The position numbers and the translations under genes are program-made. A DNA stretch of 63,913 nt, filler included, from Folioceros fuciformis (lineage: Eukaryota), in the NCBI GenBank assembly GCA_049999805.1. It is 5 parts of 5 records of this genome, joined end to end, with 100 filler letters (N's around TTAATTAATTAA, not from the genome) between each part and the next. Parts side by side here need not be neighbours in the genome. Positions count along the whole stretch, not along the records: positions 1 to 23,293 come from JBNGIO010005950.1; 4 more parts are not named here. The stretch is one strand, 5' to 3'. Every line of letters starts with the position of its first letter. The first letter of the stretch is position 1. Under the pieces are notes generated by a model. It was not told the origin of the DNA. It made no database searches and saw only the letters and a program-made list of their open reading frames with translations. Below are positions 1-12,684 of the stretch, piece by piece.

Positions 1-826
1 TTAATATAGTTATTAATACTTCAAGAACGAGAATCTTGATACCTTTCATCACCCAAATGGCCTTTTTTCTCTATTGTTTTCAAAAAGCTACTTGGGTTTT
101 GTGTTTGCTTTACTGATCCATTCTCCATAGCAGACAGATTAGGTGAGGGGGTTTTGTGTTTGCTATGCTGATCCATTCTCCATGGCAGATTAGGTGGGCT
201 GAAGTTGGTGTGAATGCTGGTAGGTAAGGAAGGTCAGGTGAAGCTTTAATCCTCACAAAGCTTTTTTTTTTTTTCCTTCCATCTCCCTTTTTCTTGGGAC
301 GTGGTGAGGTAGGAGGATATGGAGGCCAATTTGGATCTTCTGAACTCTGGACCAGCTTCACCGTGACCCAACTTCCTTAGTGAACTTTGTTGAGCAATCG
401 TGGGCAGTTATGGGTAACTCGCATGACCAAGAGGGATTCGTCAAAGACGCAAATCCTCTAACAAAACGTTCGAGGCTTAAGTTCAAAGTTTTATTAGAGA
501 GGCCCGTCCAGAAGCATGTTCTCCATTAGGCCTGAAATCATGGAAGCCAGGTGAGCAAGCCGGATTGGATGAGGCGGCTGCAGGAACGAGGGATAAGGTG
601 AGTCATGGCTTCCAAATCAGAGAATTACGAGCAAGCAAGCAAGGTAACAAGAGGATCAAAAGCTTACAGGGAGCTACAGCTACGGCTGCTGCAGCTGGGT
701 CGGGATTGATTGTGCACAGTGTACAAGCCAAGCCAAGGAAAGGCACGGGCAGAGGCAAAGAAAGGAGAAGAGTGACCGGTCAACGCCAAACGGGGGAGGG
801 GGGATGGACGCCGTGGACGCGATAAA

Positions 827-1630
827 CTAGCACTCTAGGCGAACGGTGGAGGCGACGGCCGTTGCCCAGAACTTGAGATGCATCTTCATGTCCACCCCCG
901 GCTGGTTGGGCCCAGGCACCCGCCAATTGAGCAATGGGGAATCTGGCCTGCTGATGAGCCACGCCTGGGCTGCGTAATGCTGCTGTCTTCCACTATCGGT
1001 TGGGGATCCCACCCTCACCACCCTGGGCGACAACGTGTCCTTGCTGCTGGGCCTGAATCCCAAGTCCAAGCATCCCCGCAGCTCATCGATCTCCAGCTCG
1101 GTCAGGCTCCTGGACCCTCTTCCCCGCCTATTGACCCTGCGCCTTCCCAGCTTGCCAGGAGACTTGGTGGCGGTGGGCGATTCCGGCAGCTCCTGCACCA
1201 ACGATTCAGCGACCGGCAACACCGTAACTATCCCAGGGACAGAGACTTCCACAAGCAGCAGCGACGGAGGAATTACCTCGGAGGGAGGATGATGGGTTCC
1301 TACACCAGTGCAAGAACCGTCCTGCTGATGCTGCTGGGCTGGTGGCATCTGCTTGTCGTTGTACTCCGCCTCTTCCTCCACATCGCCCAGAAAGGTTAGC
1401 TTGTCCTGGTCCTGCCACCCCTCCGGAACCTCGATCCGGATGTCCCCAAGTCTGCGCTTAGCCTCCACCAAGAGCAGCGACCGCCGTGGGCTGCTCTGCC
1501 GGGGCCTCAACGACTGCATCAGCTCGATGCTACTGCTGCTGCTGCAACGACGCACTCCAGACACGGGCCGCCTGATGCCGGAGTGAGGGCTCAAGGGCGA
1601 GGCGGATGCGGGAGCTGCAGTGCCAGCCAT
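827..1630 (-). CDS. DUF1685-family plant protein; the 5' end may extend across the N gap to an ATG at 1971
   Basis: Motif RSLTELEIDELRGCLDLGF and C-terminal WRVPGP...DMKMHLKFWATAVASTVR match the DUF1685 signature (SLTDxDLxELKGCxDLGF ... LKFWAQAVA). Confidence 0.8.
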   Translation of the reverse strand: MAGTAAPASASPLSPHSGIRRPVSGVRRCSSSSSIELMQSLRPRQSSPRRSLLLVEAKRRLGDIRIEVPEGWQDQDKLTFLGDVEEEAEYNDKQMPPAQQHQQDGSCTGVGTHHPPSEVIPPSLLLVEVSVPGIVTVLPVAESLVQELPESPTATKSPGKLGRRRVNRRGRGSRSLTELEIDELRGCLDLGFRPSSKDTLSPRVVRVGSPTDSGRQQHYAAQAWLISRPDSPLLNWRVPGPNQPGVDMKMHLKFWATAVASTVRLEC

Positions 1631-2172
1631 CGAGGGCTTCCGCCATTGCACCACATTGCCCCAAAACCAGCACACGTCCAGCAGCCGTTCGACCAGCACG
1701 GCCTGGTGACGCGTCTTCTTCTCCGCCTCATCCTGCTTGCTGTCCCCCGGCCCATGTTCCTCACCTCCNNNNNNNNNNNNNNNNNNNNNNNNNNNNNNNN
1801 NNNNNNNNNNNNNNNNNNNNNNNNNNNNNNNNNNNNNNNNNNNNNNNNNNNNNNNNNNNNNNNNNNNNCTTCCTCCTCCACCTCCTCCCACGCCTTGTGC
1901 AGCTGCTGCTTGTGGCTGCTTGGGAAGGCAGCGTAGGGCGAAAACAGCGCCACCTCCAGCTCATCCGCCATGAGATGGCAGATGGGGCAGGCCGCAGTTG
2001 GGCTATCCGCCGCCGCGGCTGCGGATGCAGCGCTCCTTGCTCGCCTCGGTCATCGTTCTTCTGCAACAACGCTTGCATACAGGCCTCCACGACTTTTAAG
2101 AACAGCCACAGCCATGAATAGCTTTCCAAGCGTATCGAGGAGCAGGAAAGGATCAAGGAACTGAGCCAAAAC

Positions 2173-5100
2173 ATGCAACGCCTGGCTGTCCTCCGGCAGC
2201 TCCGGCTGCTGCACCGGCAGCTTGGTGCGGGGTTGGGGCGCCTGCCCGTGGTTGTGCGTCCTGCCCGAACCCACCGCCCACGACTGCTCTGCTCGGGTTT
2301 CCCGGCTTCTTCTTCAGGCATTGCTGGAATCCGGGGCAGCATCAAGCAGGCCAAGGGGAAGTCGCACTGGGTGTGCGACCAGTGCGGGGAGACCAGCTCG
2401 CAATGGTGGGGGCAGTGCACCGTCTGCCACCAGGCCAACACTTTGAAACGCTTCTTCGAACCTGCCCCTGGGTCTGCAGGGGGAGGAGCTGCCTTGAGGA
2501 CTGTTGACCGCCTGGCTGCTGCGCCTCCCCAGACCTCCTCCCGCTCTTCAGGCTGGATCAATACCAAGCACGTGAACCCACAGCGGGTGCAGGACATCCT
2601 CAACGGCGGCTCCCAGCAACTGCAGAGGATTCTTCTGTGCGGCTCTTGCTCCGTCCCCTTCTCCTGCTGCTGCTGTGAGGTGACAAGAGGGCGGCATGAA
2701 TTGCAAGAATTTGGGACATGAGGGACAATCGGGGGATGGATTTTGCAGACCTGGCCAAACTGGGGAGGAGATTTCCAGGGTGCTGGGAGGTGGATTGGTG
2801 CACGGTATGTGTCCATGTTTGGTTGGTTTGCGTTGGAGATCCTCTTGCGCTTGTCATGAGCCAGCTGTTGGGGTCCAGGATCGTTGCTGCTGGTGGGTGG
2901 GGACCCGGGTGTTGGTAAGAGTACGTTGCTATTACAGGTAACCGAAGTTCTCTACTACGTTCCTACCCCATGTGTAGTTGCGCGTCGATGCTCTGCATAT
3001 GTATGGTTCATTCTTGTCTCCGTGTAATTTCAAATCCCTGCACTTTCGCATTCAGGTTGCAGGACTTCTGGCTGAGGGCTCTGATTCTTCTGGACCAGCG
3101 CCAGTGCTTTATGTGTCAGGGGAGGAGGTATATCGTGTGGTGTTGTTGATGTACCAATACCCTGCTTGAATTTCAGTGTGTGGCAATACTCATCTCACCA
3201 GTTGTTTGCTCTCTTCTTGCTCAGAGCGTGGAGCAAGTTGGTAGCAGAGCAAAACGTCTAAACGTCGCGGCACATGATTTGTTTCTTTACTCCGCCACAG
3301 ATCTCGAGGTGGTCTCCTGCACCAGAATTTTTTTGCGTGCAGATTGGAGAACGTGTTGCTGCTTATGAGATCAGAGCTGATGCTGTGTCCTGTCTGCTGT
3401 TGTAGCTAGTGCTCAAAGCCATCCAGGAGCTGTCGCCAAGGGCAGTCATCGTGGACTCAATACAAACAGTCTACTTGCCAGAAGCTACTGGCAGTGCCGG
3501 AAGCGTGAGTCAGGCAAGTGTTGGTTTTTAGGCTGAACCTCCTCTTGGCTTTAGTTCTTGTTTGTTTCTTGCGTTCGCTTTTCATCTTCTGGTCCTCCAG
3601 CAGCAGAGTAGTAGGCGTTACTGTAGGCTTAACTCTAACGCCATTTCTCTTCATTTGCCATCCTCTGCGGGAACAGGTTAGAGAGTGTGCCACCGCGTTG
3701 CTCAGGTTTGCAAAGCAAACACACACGGCAATATTCCTGGTATGGATTGCATTTCTTATGATCAGTTGCGCTCAGCGGGATTATATCCTCATATTGCCAC
3801 TTTTGAGTTCACTCGTAACCACCTGTGTCTTCTGACCACCTGTGTCTGTACCAGGTGGGCCATGTAACAAAGACGGGAGATATTGCTGGACCCCGAGTTC
3901 TGGAGCATATAGTTGATGTTGTGCTTTATATGGAGGTCTCCTCTCTTCGACAAGTGGCTTAGAAGCATCTGATCGCTAAAGTTTGGATGTTGTGTACTAT
4001 GTTGTTGTGTTGGCGATTGATTGGTCGGGTCAACAGGGGGAAAGACTACAATCTCATCGGCTACTGAGAGTTGTCAAGAACAGATATGGCTCGACCGATG
4101 AGGTGCGTCTTATTGGTTTCCCTTAATGGAAGCCTTCCCATTTTCTCTGCACTATTTAAGTCATGGTCATCCAGTTCTTACGAAAGGGCTGAGTGAAGTC
4201 TTGTGACCACTTCAGGTGGGGGTGTTTGAAATGGTCAAGGGTGGTCTTGTTGCTGTGCCAAATCCCAGCGACATCTTTTTGAGTGATCGAAGATCAGACT
4301 CTACTCGCGCCACATCCTCAGCTGTTGCTGTAACGATGGAAGGGTCTCGTCCTTTATTGCTAGAAGTGCAGGTGCAGATTTAAGTTACTTGCTCTCACTA
4401 TTGCTGCTTCCTGTCTGCCAGCTCTAATTTTGATGTGTTTGAGTTCAGCATAGGCTCTTTGTGCCCCTGTCGCTCAACCTGGTAGGCGCACTGCCAATGG
4501 AGTTGATGCACACCGATTGTTTCTGCTTCTTGCGGTATGTTTTCTTTGAATTGCTGCACACCATAGCATTCTAGTGGTGATTTGCCGACCAGGTTGTGGT
4601 GCTGGATGTGTCGCATTTGAGCCTCTCTATCCTGTCAGGTGCTCTCAAAACAAGCAGGTTTGAAGTTGTCCAATCAGGTGCACTTTCAGCTTAATCGAAT
4701 ACTACATGTAAGCCGCACGATGGGCTGTGCAAAGTCAGTAAGTGTGGGTTTTCTTGCCGGTTAGGACATCTTCATTAATGTGGTGGGAGGAATGAGATTG
4801 CGGGAACCTGCAGCGGATGTAGCCATCGCGGTTGCTGTTGCCAGCAGGTCAGCTTCAATCCGCCCTGTGTATGTACCTTGTTTCTTTGCGACTGGTTGAC
4901 CGTCCTGTAAAATTGTCGTCCCTTGCAGTCTCATGGAAACATCCGTGCCCCGGGACATGGCCTTCATTGGAGAGATTGGACTTGGTGGTGAACTTCGATC
5001 AGTATGTACCGCGGACTGTTGAACATAGGCCGGTCCCTCCTTGTTGTTAGCTGTGGTGACCTCTGCTTTGATTGTTTTGTCGCAGCTCAGTAGCCAACTA

Positions 5101-5275
5101 ATCTGTGACCACGTGGTAGGTTGGACAACTGGAGCGACGGATCATTGAAGCTGGGAAGATGGGGTTCAAATGCTGTGTCGTTCCCAAACACGCAGGGAAT
5201 ACGGTTCTGGACACAGGGATTACTGTACTTCCATGTGTGGACATACAGGAAGTGATTGACAAGATATGTTCTTAG
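2173..5275 (+). CDS. RADA: Organelle-targeted DNA repair protein RadA/Sms (multi-exon)
   Basis: Arg-rich transit-like N-terminus; zinc finger CDQC...WWGQCTVC; Walker [11 protein letters not shown] (~2896-2925); [38 protein letters not shown] motif; Lon-like C-terminus DIFINVVGG and [11 protein letters not shown]. Exons join through GT/GC-AG introns; stop TAG at 5273-5275. Confidence 0.95.
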
Positions 5276-5626
5276 TTGGCTCTGAAGGCTTTTGGGGTAT
5301 ACGTGCAACCTGTGATTGGGGGTCTATGGGCTCCTTGGAGGACTGGAAGGTTTTTGCTGGATATGGAACGAAACTGTAGCAACTGATACGAGAGCAAGCT
5401 TGGCGACATTTTGCTGCAGGTATCTATTCGACAGCTCTCACGGCCCGGCGCGCTGCTGATTTGATTCAGCAAAGGGGAGCCAGCCCAGCCCAAGCAGAAG
5501 TGTTTTGGAGTTCTGCGTCTCTCTACATTATGCGACTTTTCTATGACCAGGACACATCGACTGTAAAAGTGGACCTTTGGTCCAAAATGAATCAATAGAT
5601 GTCGACAAGTCCATGACAGGGAAAGA

Positions 5627-7871
5627 CTACTGGGTATTGGAGAGTTTGCTTATAGCTGAGATGAGCTTTCTTCGGGGTCCAAGTGCATGGATTCCCTTGT
5701 CCTTCAGGCTACTCATGGTCAGCTGCAGCAGACTTGATTCATCAAGCTCGTGGGCTTCGAAAATTGGCACTAACTGTTCTAGACCTTGAGACCTCAAAAA
5801 TGAAATCGTTCCTCCTGCTGCCTTCAGTCCGTTGGTCAGATTCTCAAGTTGTCTGTCCAGAGACAGAGTGGTCTGATTCATCCTGAACGTCGGGTGATGA
5901 GTCGAGACCATGGTGTCCGTGGGAAATCCCTTCTGCGTGTGTTTTTGTGAGTATGCAACCACACCAGGCTGGCACGAGAGAGGCTTATCCCAAAGCCCGA
6001 ACTCAACCCTTGCATCATCCCCACCCTGCTTGAGCCTGGCCAATGACACCGTGCACGTCTGCTCCATCTCCACAGAGGCCATGGATTTAAGGGAGTTCAG
6101 TGGACCTTCATCCACTAGCTCTGTAGAACCAAGTGCTAACTCCTTCTCACCAGAACTTTCAAGACCCCCCGATTGAGAAGATGAATTCCTGTAATCGAAG
6201 AGGCTGTTGTGCCTGACACGCGTCTGGAATGTGTCCAACTGGTTCGACATAGTCTGTGTCATTTGCCTACTTCCCGAGCAGGACATGTCCATGTCAGAAA
6301 CCAGCGTTGCAGTTGAAGGCCCGTCCCATTGACAAGATTCTGGTAAGGCAGGACTTTGCTGAAGTTGTGCTGCAATAGGTGCTGTTGTGTCTTGCACCTC
6401 ATCAGATCCTCCAGATGAGTCGCCAGAAGCAACATCTGCTCTCTCTGGGGCTCTGTTTTGAATGCTAGTAAGCCTTTCAGCTGAAGCTTGTTCCGTGTCC
6501 ACTTCGGACGGATTGGCCTTAGACACACGTCTTCTCCGTTTGTATACTGGCAAATCATAGGCCCCTAGAAGAGGTCCCTTGTGGCTCCGAAGGCTCCTTG
6601 TAATAGACAGTGGAGTTGTCTGTTCCTGTACAGCCGATGCCAATGGGTCTTTCCCATTCGCACCAGTACTGGCTTGAGGAGGGGAACACGGTGAGCCAAC
6701 CGTGTCAGGACCATTGGCTGCAGAAATCACAACAAAGCCACGTTCCAATTCAGCATAGAACAGCACCACAAAATATCCATTCCTGCTGTTCCACACAGCT
6801 TTTCCATCGCAGCCACACAGACTTACTAGCATGACTGGAAGCTGTGTCGTAACAAGATCACGAAATGACTCAATGCCTCAGAAGGTTACCTTGTTTGTGA
6901 TCACTTGTTCCTGGAACGTGACCATCCAGTGCTCCATTTTGCTTAGCCTCAGAAACATCCTCTTTCCACCTTTTCCTTCCTCCAGGAGAGGCACCTGGAA
7001 ACTGTCGTTTCTGTTTCTGCGGAGTGTCACTGGACGAAATTGCTGACCTTCTCTTGGATCCTTTCAAACCCTGTCTGGGTATCCCCTTCTTTGGAGGCTG
7101 TGCAGCTGCCGAATCGCTCGAGGCCTCCGCACAATCTGCATCCCTGGGCACCCTAGAACCACCTTCCAGATGCAAATTGTCCCTGTCGGAAACAGCCGAG
7201 AAATCCACAGGAATTGCATGGGCCAGACCTGTAGGAAGGTCCGAGATAGCCCGCTTTTTCCTTGGATGTTTGCTGGGGGAAGTTTTCTGCGTCCCAGCTC
7301 CATCGTTCTCCGCATTGTCACCATCTCGGGGCACCGTCTCCTTCTTCCAGTCTCCCTGCGTGATCAATTTATCGATGTTTGCCAGCAACGTGCTCACATC
7401 CTGCTTGAGCAGATCAACACCAATCTTCCTCCGTTTGCTGTCCACACTTTCCACCACGGGCTGCTGCTCACCACTCTCATGTTCTACCCTCTCAGATTGC
7501 CCCTGCTCTGCATGTTCCTGCACCTGCTGAGCAGCCTTGACCTCCTGCAGAACCTGTTTCCGCTTCCTTGGCTGCTTGAGAGGTAGTGGAGGTATCTTGA
7601 TGATGACTCTCCGTTTCCTCACTTCCACCTCTGCATCCTCCTCTAGCAATGCACCACCAACGTTTCCTGGCATCGACTTTCTAGTCTGCTGAGCTTTAGA
7701 GGATGCTGTCCCATCGCCTTGCTGTCTGCCAGCCTCCAGATCTGTCCCCTTCCCCCTCTGCTTCTCTCCCTCGATCTGCTTCTGCCCCACCATGCTCTTC
7801 CCATCACTTCTGTCTCCAGCACCTGCCATTGCTGCCAGGGCAGCGAGGTGCTTCCGTTTGGTTTTGGCCAT
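5627..7871 (-). CDS. Low-complexity basic protein with C-terminal SAM (sterile alpha motif) domain; 2 exons (intron 6718-6889)
   Basis: C-terminus FLRSQGLEQLVPIFEAHELDESSLLQLTMSSLKDKGIHALGPRRKLISAI fits a SAM domain. The two 400-aa ORFs join in frame through a GT-AG intron (HKQ|ANGP). ATG at MAKTKRK; several NLS-like basic clusters. Confidence 0.8.
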
Positions 7872-8773
7872 GATTGGACTTGGTAGGATACCCAGCAGCT
7901 GCTCAATTCCCACTCCTTCCGTCGACCAGATGTGCAACCTGCTCTTCACTGTCACTGAAGCACATCTCCGTCTGGGAAACCCGACATCAACCAGCAAAGC
8001 ACCGGGTCTCCAGAGCCGTAGGGCAACCTGGCGGAAGGGGACAGAAGACAAAAGGACGCTCCCAAACACCAATCCTACTTGGATCCAACATCCTGCATCC
8101 TTCTTTACCGAGTCCTGATTTGTCCTATGCCAACGAGAATGACTTCGATATGCTGGAATGAGATGATGATACTATCACTAGACTTACTACTGCCATGAAT
8201 TTGACATCTCGTCTCTCCTACGGGGAAGAAGAGGCAGCGAACATCTACAACTACGCAGACCTGGAACTCTCATCCATGGAACACGATGACAGCTAGTACA
8301 TCTTGTCCTCTGTTGCAAGATGCAAAAGCACGACCGTTGTTCAAACTTCGCACGTGGGTGCCCAACCCTATGCACCCGGCTAGTTCAATGCCTGGGTGTA
8401 GATGCACCTTGTACCTTGAATTTCCAGAATGCCAGCCTACTGACCTCGAGGCAAACCAGTACTTTAAAATTGGCCTTCTCCTTCTTCTACTGCGCCTAGG
8501 CTGTGCACAGATTGGGCAAACGCAGATTTTGTTGATACTGATCGCAGAACAGGAGGGGCTCCCTATTCTGTATGACGGATACAAAAATTGAAAAGATACC
8601 TATCTCGATAGGCATTGTTTCTTAGCGTCTTGTATCGGTCGCCCTGGCCTGGACACAACAGGTTTCACATTCACTTTCATGTTCTCGCATCGTTTGGGGT
8701 GCTAATCCACCGTTCTGACTGTCACAGGGATCGGGATCGGGACTAGGATGCGGTCCTGGCAGTCATGTTTAAG

Positions 8774-8784
8774 CCCTAAACCCT
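8774..8784 (+). promoter_or_regulatory. Telo-box-like motif CCCTAAACCCT just upstream of the MiaB start
   Basis: Plant telomere-like sequence about 35 nt before ATG 8817; one mismatch to AAACCCTA. Confidence 0.35.
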
Positions 8785-8816
8785 GGTTGTGAGTCACATT
8801 GCTGCGCCCAGGCATC

Positions 8817-11129
8817 ATGGCAGCCGCAGTAAAAGCTGCTGTTGTTGAGGGGTCCACGGCCGGAGTAGACAAGGCTTGCTCAGCTGCTGCTGCTGCTTCT
8901 GCTGTGCGTTACTTGCATTTGAGACGACTTCACTTCCTGTCGGAGTCACCTGCTGCGCGTCCAAGCGAAGCTCCGGCAGCTCGGGTGACCGGAGCCTGCC
9001 AACAGCTGTGTGAAAATGGGCGATTTAGAGATTCAAAGGCGATCGATGGGCACCCTCCAGCGGCCCGGAATTGGGGTCGCGGGCTCTGCCACACTTCTGG
9101 TTTGTATCGATTCCAGGCGGGAGAGAAGCGTCTCTCGATTCCTGTTGAAAGACCGGGGCTGCGGGATTTCATGAGACAGGGAGCCTTGGCATCTCCGGAT
9201 TCTGCTATCAGAGATTGCAAGTACGTTTGGCTGGATGTGAAGGAAGTCGATTGAAGAGTGCTTTCTGCTTGAAGGAGTGTAACAGATCTGCGATGCTGGG
9301 ATTTCAGGAGGACCCAGGTGCCTTACCTGGATGAAGAGTTCGAATTTGAGCCCAAGCATCGCGGGCGGATGTATGTGGAAACGTATGGGTGCCAGATGAA
9401 TGTCAACGACATGGAGGTGGTGTTGGCGATCATGAAGGACGCAGGATTCTCTGAAGTAGTGAGTAAACCGGAGGAAGCTGACATTATTTTCATCAACACA
9501 TGCGCGATTAGGGAGAATGCGGAGCACAAAGTCTGGCATCGGCTTGGCTATTTCAAGCATCTCAAGACCAGGTGGAATCGTAACATCGTGATGTCGGGAG
9601 GGCGGCCAGCTTCACCTCCGAAAGTGGCAGTACTAGGGTGCATGGCAGAAAGGCTCAAGGAGAAGCTGATTGAAAGTGATAAATTAGTAGATGTCGTGTG
9701 TGGCCCTGATGCGTACAGGGACCTTCCCAGATTGTTGGCCCAGGTAGATGAGGGTCACAGGGGGGTCAATACGCTGTTATCCTTGGAGGAGACTTATGCA
9801 GATGTTTCTCCAGTAAGGATTTCCAAGTCACCTGTTTCAGCTTTTGTGTCTATAATGAGGGGTTGCAACAACATGTGCTCTTATTGCATTGTTCCCTTCA
9901 CTAGAGGGAGAGAAAGGTCGAGGCCAGTGGATTCCATAGTTAGGGAGGTTGGGGAGCTTTGGGAGCAGGGAGTGAAGGAGGTGATACTGCTGGGCCAGAA
10001 TGTGAACAGTTACAACGACACCTCTGGTAACTCTGTTAAGGATTGGCCCCCAGGACTTGTTACCAGTACAGGCTGTCAGGAGAGAAATATTGGAGACGGT
10101 GTGAATCCCAGTATTGCAGGCAACCCTTCAAAGAAAGGGGAGGTGACCCTGAGTGCTGGCTTTTCTAGCATCTGTAAAATCAAGGATGGGGGATTAAGGT
10201 TTGTAAACCTGTTGGACTGCTTGTCAAATGTGTACCCTCAGATGAGATTTCGATTCACCTCCCCACATCCTAAGGACTTTCCAGACGAGTTGCTGTTCCT
10301 GATGGCAGAGCGCCCCAACATCTGTAACTCGATACATTTACCTGCACAAAGTGGAAGCTCAACAGTGCTGGAAAGAATGCGCAGAGGGTACACGAGGGAA
10401 GCATACCTTGCCCTTGTAAACCGAGTGCGTGATATCGTACCAGATGTGAGCATCAGCAGCGACTTCATCACAGGTCCTTTCTCCTGTCCCTCTTTACACA
10501 AGAAGCGGTTGACACTGCCTTCGTGTGCTGAATTTCAGTTGGTTCGATTTGCAGGATTTTGTGGAGAAACCGAAGAGGAACATAGGGACACACTCAGCTT
10601 AGTCGAAGCTGTCAGCTATGATATGGCCTACATGTTTGCCTACAGTATGAGGGACAAGACTCATGCGCATCGAAACTACTGTGATGACGTGGAGTCCAAT
10701 GTGAAGCAACGACGACTTGCAGAGCTCATCACAACCTTTCGAGCAAGTAGCAAGGACAGATATGCATCACTAGTGGGGTCTACACAACTTGTTCTGGTTG
10801 AAGGACCTAACAAGCGAAATCCAAGGGGGGAGCTCATTGGCCGCAGTGACATGGGGCACAAGGTGGTCTTTCCGAATGTGCCCATATCAGTGCAAGGTAT
10901 GCTGCCACTGTATAGTAGTGTTGTGGATTTTGCCTGAGGAGGCTCCAAGGATGCTGTCTGACCCTTCTGTTGTTCAGATTATTCTGGGCATGCACGCAAT
11001 GCTTCAGGCAAGGCTGGAGATTATGTCGATGTGAGGATCCTGGACACCGGCTTGGCCTCTTTGAAGGGAGAGGCTGTCCTTTTGAAACATGGACTATCAG
11101 TATGTACGCCAGCTCGCCTTTCGATCTAG
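8817..11129 (+). CDS. CDK5RAP1: tRNA methylthiotransferase MiaB / CDK5RAP1-like (radical SAM plus TRAM domain)
   Basis: UPF0004 motifs [28 protein letters not shown]; radical-SAM motif [31 protein letters not shown] tail GDYVDVRI. Probable introns ~9221-9307, ~10474-10554 and ~10897-10977; stop at 11127-11129. Confidence 0.95.
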
Positions 11130-11539
11130 TGTAATGTAACAGCACACGTACATCTATCTGCCCAACAAGCATGCGCATATGTGCACAGCGCACAGGTTTG
11201 CAGCTTGCTAATTTCATGCATTGTCGAACGCGTTGCTTGAGAAGGCCTTTAGTGCCAAGTCATTAGCTGATGGATGTAGGTTTAGCTGAGGGCACGAAAG
11301 GATTGGAAATTCGTTACCGAATGTAACACAACTGTTCTTTTGATGGGTAGTAACAGAATGAAAAATGTAACAGTTGGAATATTCCAGCTGAAGATGTTCC
11401 CGCCAATGTTGCGGTACTACAATGTCGGACAAAAATTCGGTGTCATCATCTATCGAAGTACCTCCCAATCGAAATGGCTCTACTCAGTATGGTGTAGACA
11501 AACGCTATGTACAGTTCTGCAGTGTATGGCCGAAGACGC

Positions 11540-12684
11540 TTAGTGAAACGAGCAAGCGCGGACTCTGTCTTGAATCAATTGTCTCTCCCAATCAGCAACG
11601 TCGGTAAACGCGAAATCGGGGAGATGTTCGAAAGGAGCCTTCCACGGATCATTCTTGGCCAAGTCGTAAGTAGCTCCCCGAATGGCTTCCTTCTTGGGAC
11701 CACACGGCCGCTTCGAGGTCACCATATTGTACGCGGATTCCAGCTGCGCAGGGAACGGATAACAGTACGTCAGACAGAATGCAACCAGTGGCGGGGCAAC
11801 GATGACACGACAGCGTGGGTCCGTGAAACTTACGTCCATGTCTTTGAACCAGAAGAGATAGGCGATGACAACAGCAGGTGCCCTGCCGAGACCAGCTGTG
11901 CAATGCACGTAGACGTTTCGACCTTCAGCGAGCGCCCATTCCAGAGCAGACACAGCCTTGGGCAACTCCTGGCGCAAGGAGTTGGGATCGAAATCTCTGG
12001 CCTGGAGGGGCACAAACCGAAAGTGGTCGGAGTTGAGAAGGGTTTAGGGCGCAAGAAGGAGGGCAAGTGACGGTAGGAGGGGCAGTCTCTAACCGGCTTC
12101 CGCATGTGGAGAATTCCATGATCCTGGCACCTCCGCACGATGGAATTGATGTCGATGCCCCAATACTGGATGTCCTTGTCCTGTTGCAGATTCAATACAG
12201 CCCCCACGTTGTGTTCCAGACGGAGACGGTCAATGTCGGCCGGGCTCTGGGGCTGCGACCCCACAATGATATTGGGGGTAATGAGGGTGAAGTACATGCC
12301 TGATTGCACCACAGCGAAAAAAAAATCAGTCATCAAGAAAATATCGCCTCCCGCCCACCACATGGCAAGGCCAGGCTAGGCAAAAACCGAAAACCAAGTG
12401 CCGCAGCCGCAGGCAGGGGGGAAGCTCTCACCCAATTCGTGATGGTACTCATAGGGATTTCTCATCTGCCGTTGCATAGCCCTGTTGTAATCCTCCGTTT
12501 TCCTCACCAGCTGCTGCTGGTCCGCCATGACGGCCGACACGCGCAGCCGCCGTCCTTCCCGTGAATTCCGAAAAGAAATCCTGGCTGCATGCTTCCCACT
12601 AGAGCAGGCCCCGAAGCTGTCAGCAATCCGAGTATCCAAGTGCAGTGCGCGCGAGGCGCCAACTGTTGCAGCTGTTGACGACAT
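11540..12684 (-). CDS. LSF2: Phosphoglucan phosphatase LSF2 (dual-specificity phosphatase, chloroplast)
   Basis: NPYEYHHELG, VGSQPQ, LNLQQDKDIQYWGID, DFDPNSLR, catalytic HCTAGLGR, and LSF2 C-terminus RPCGPKKEAIRGATYDLAKNDPWK...WERQLIQDRVR. No carbohydrate-binding module; 4 exons. Confidence 0.93.

Noticed and set aside
97-196. ~55-bp direct duplication near the window start
   Set aside because: Ordinary local duplication in AT-rich intergenic DNA.
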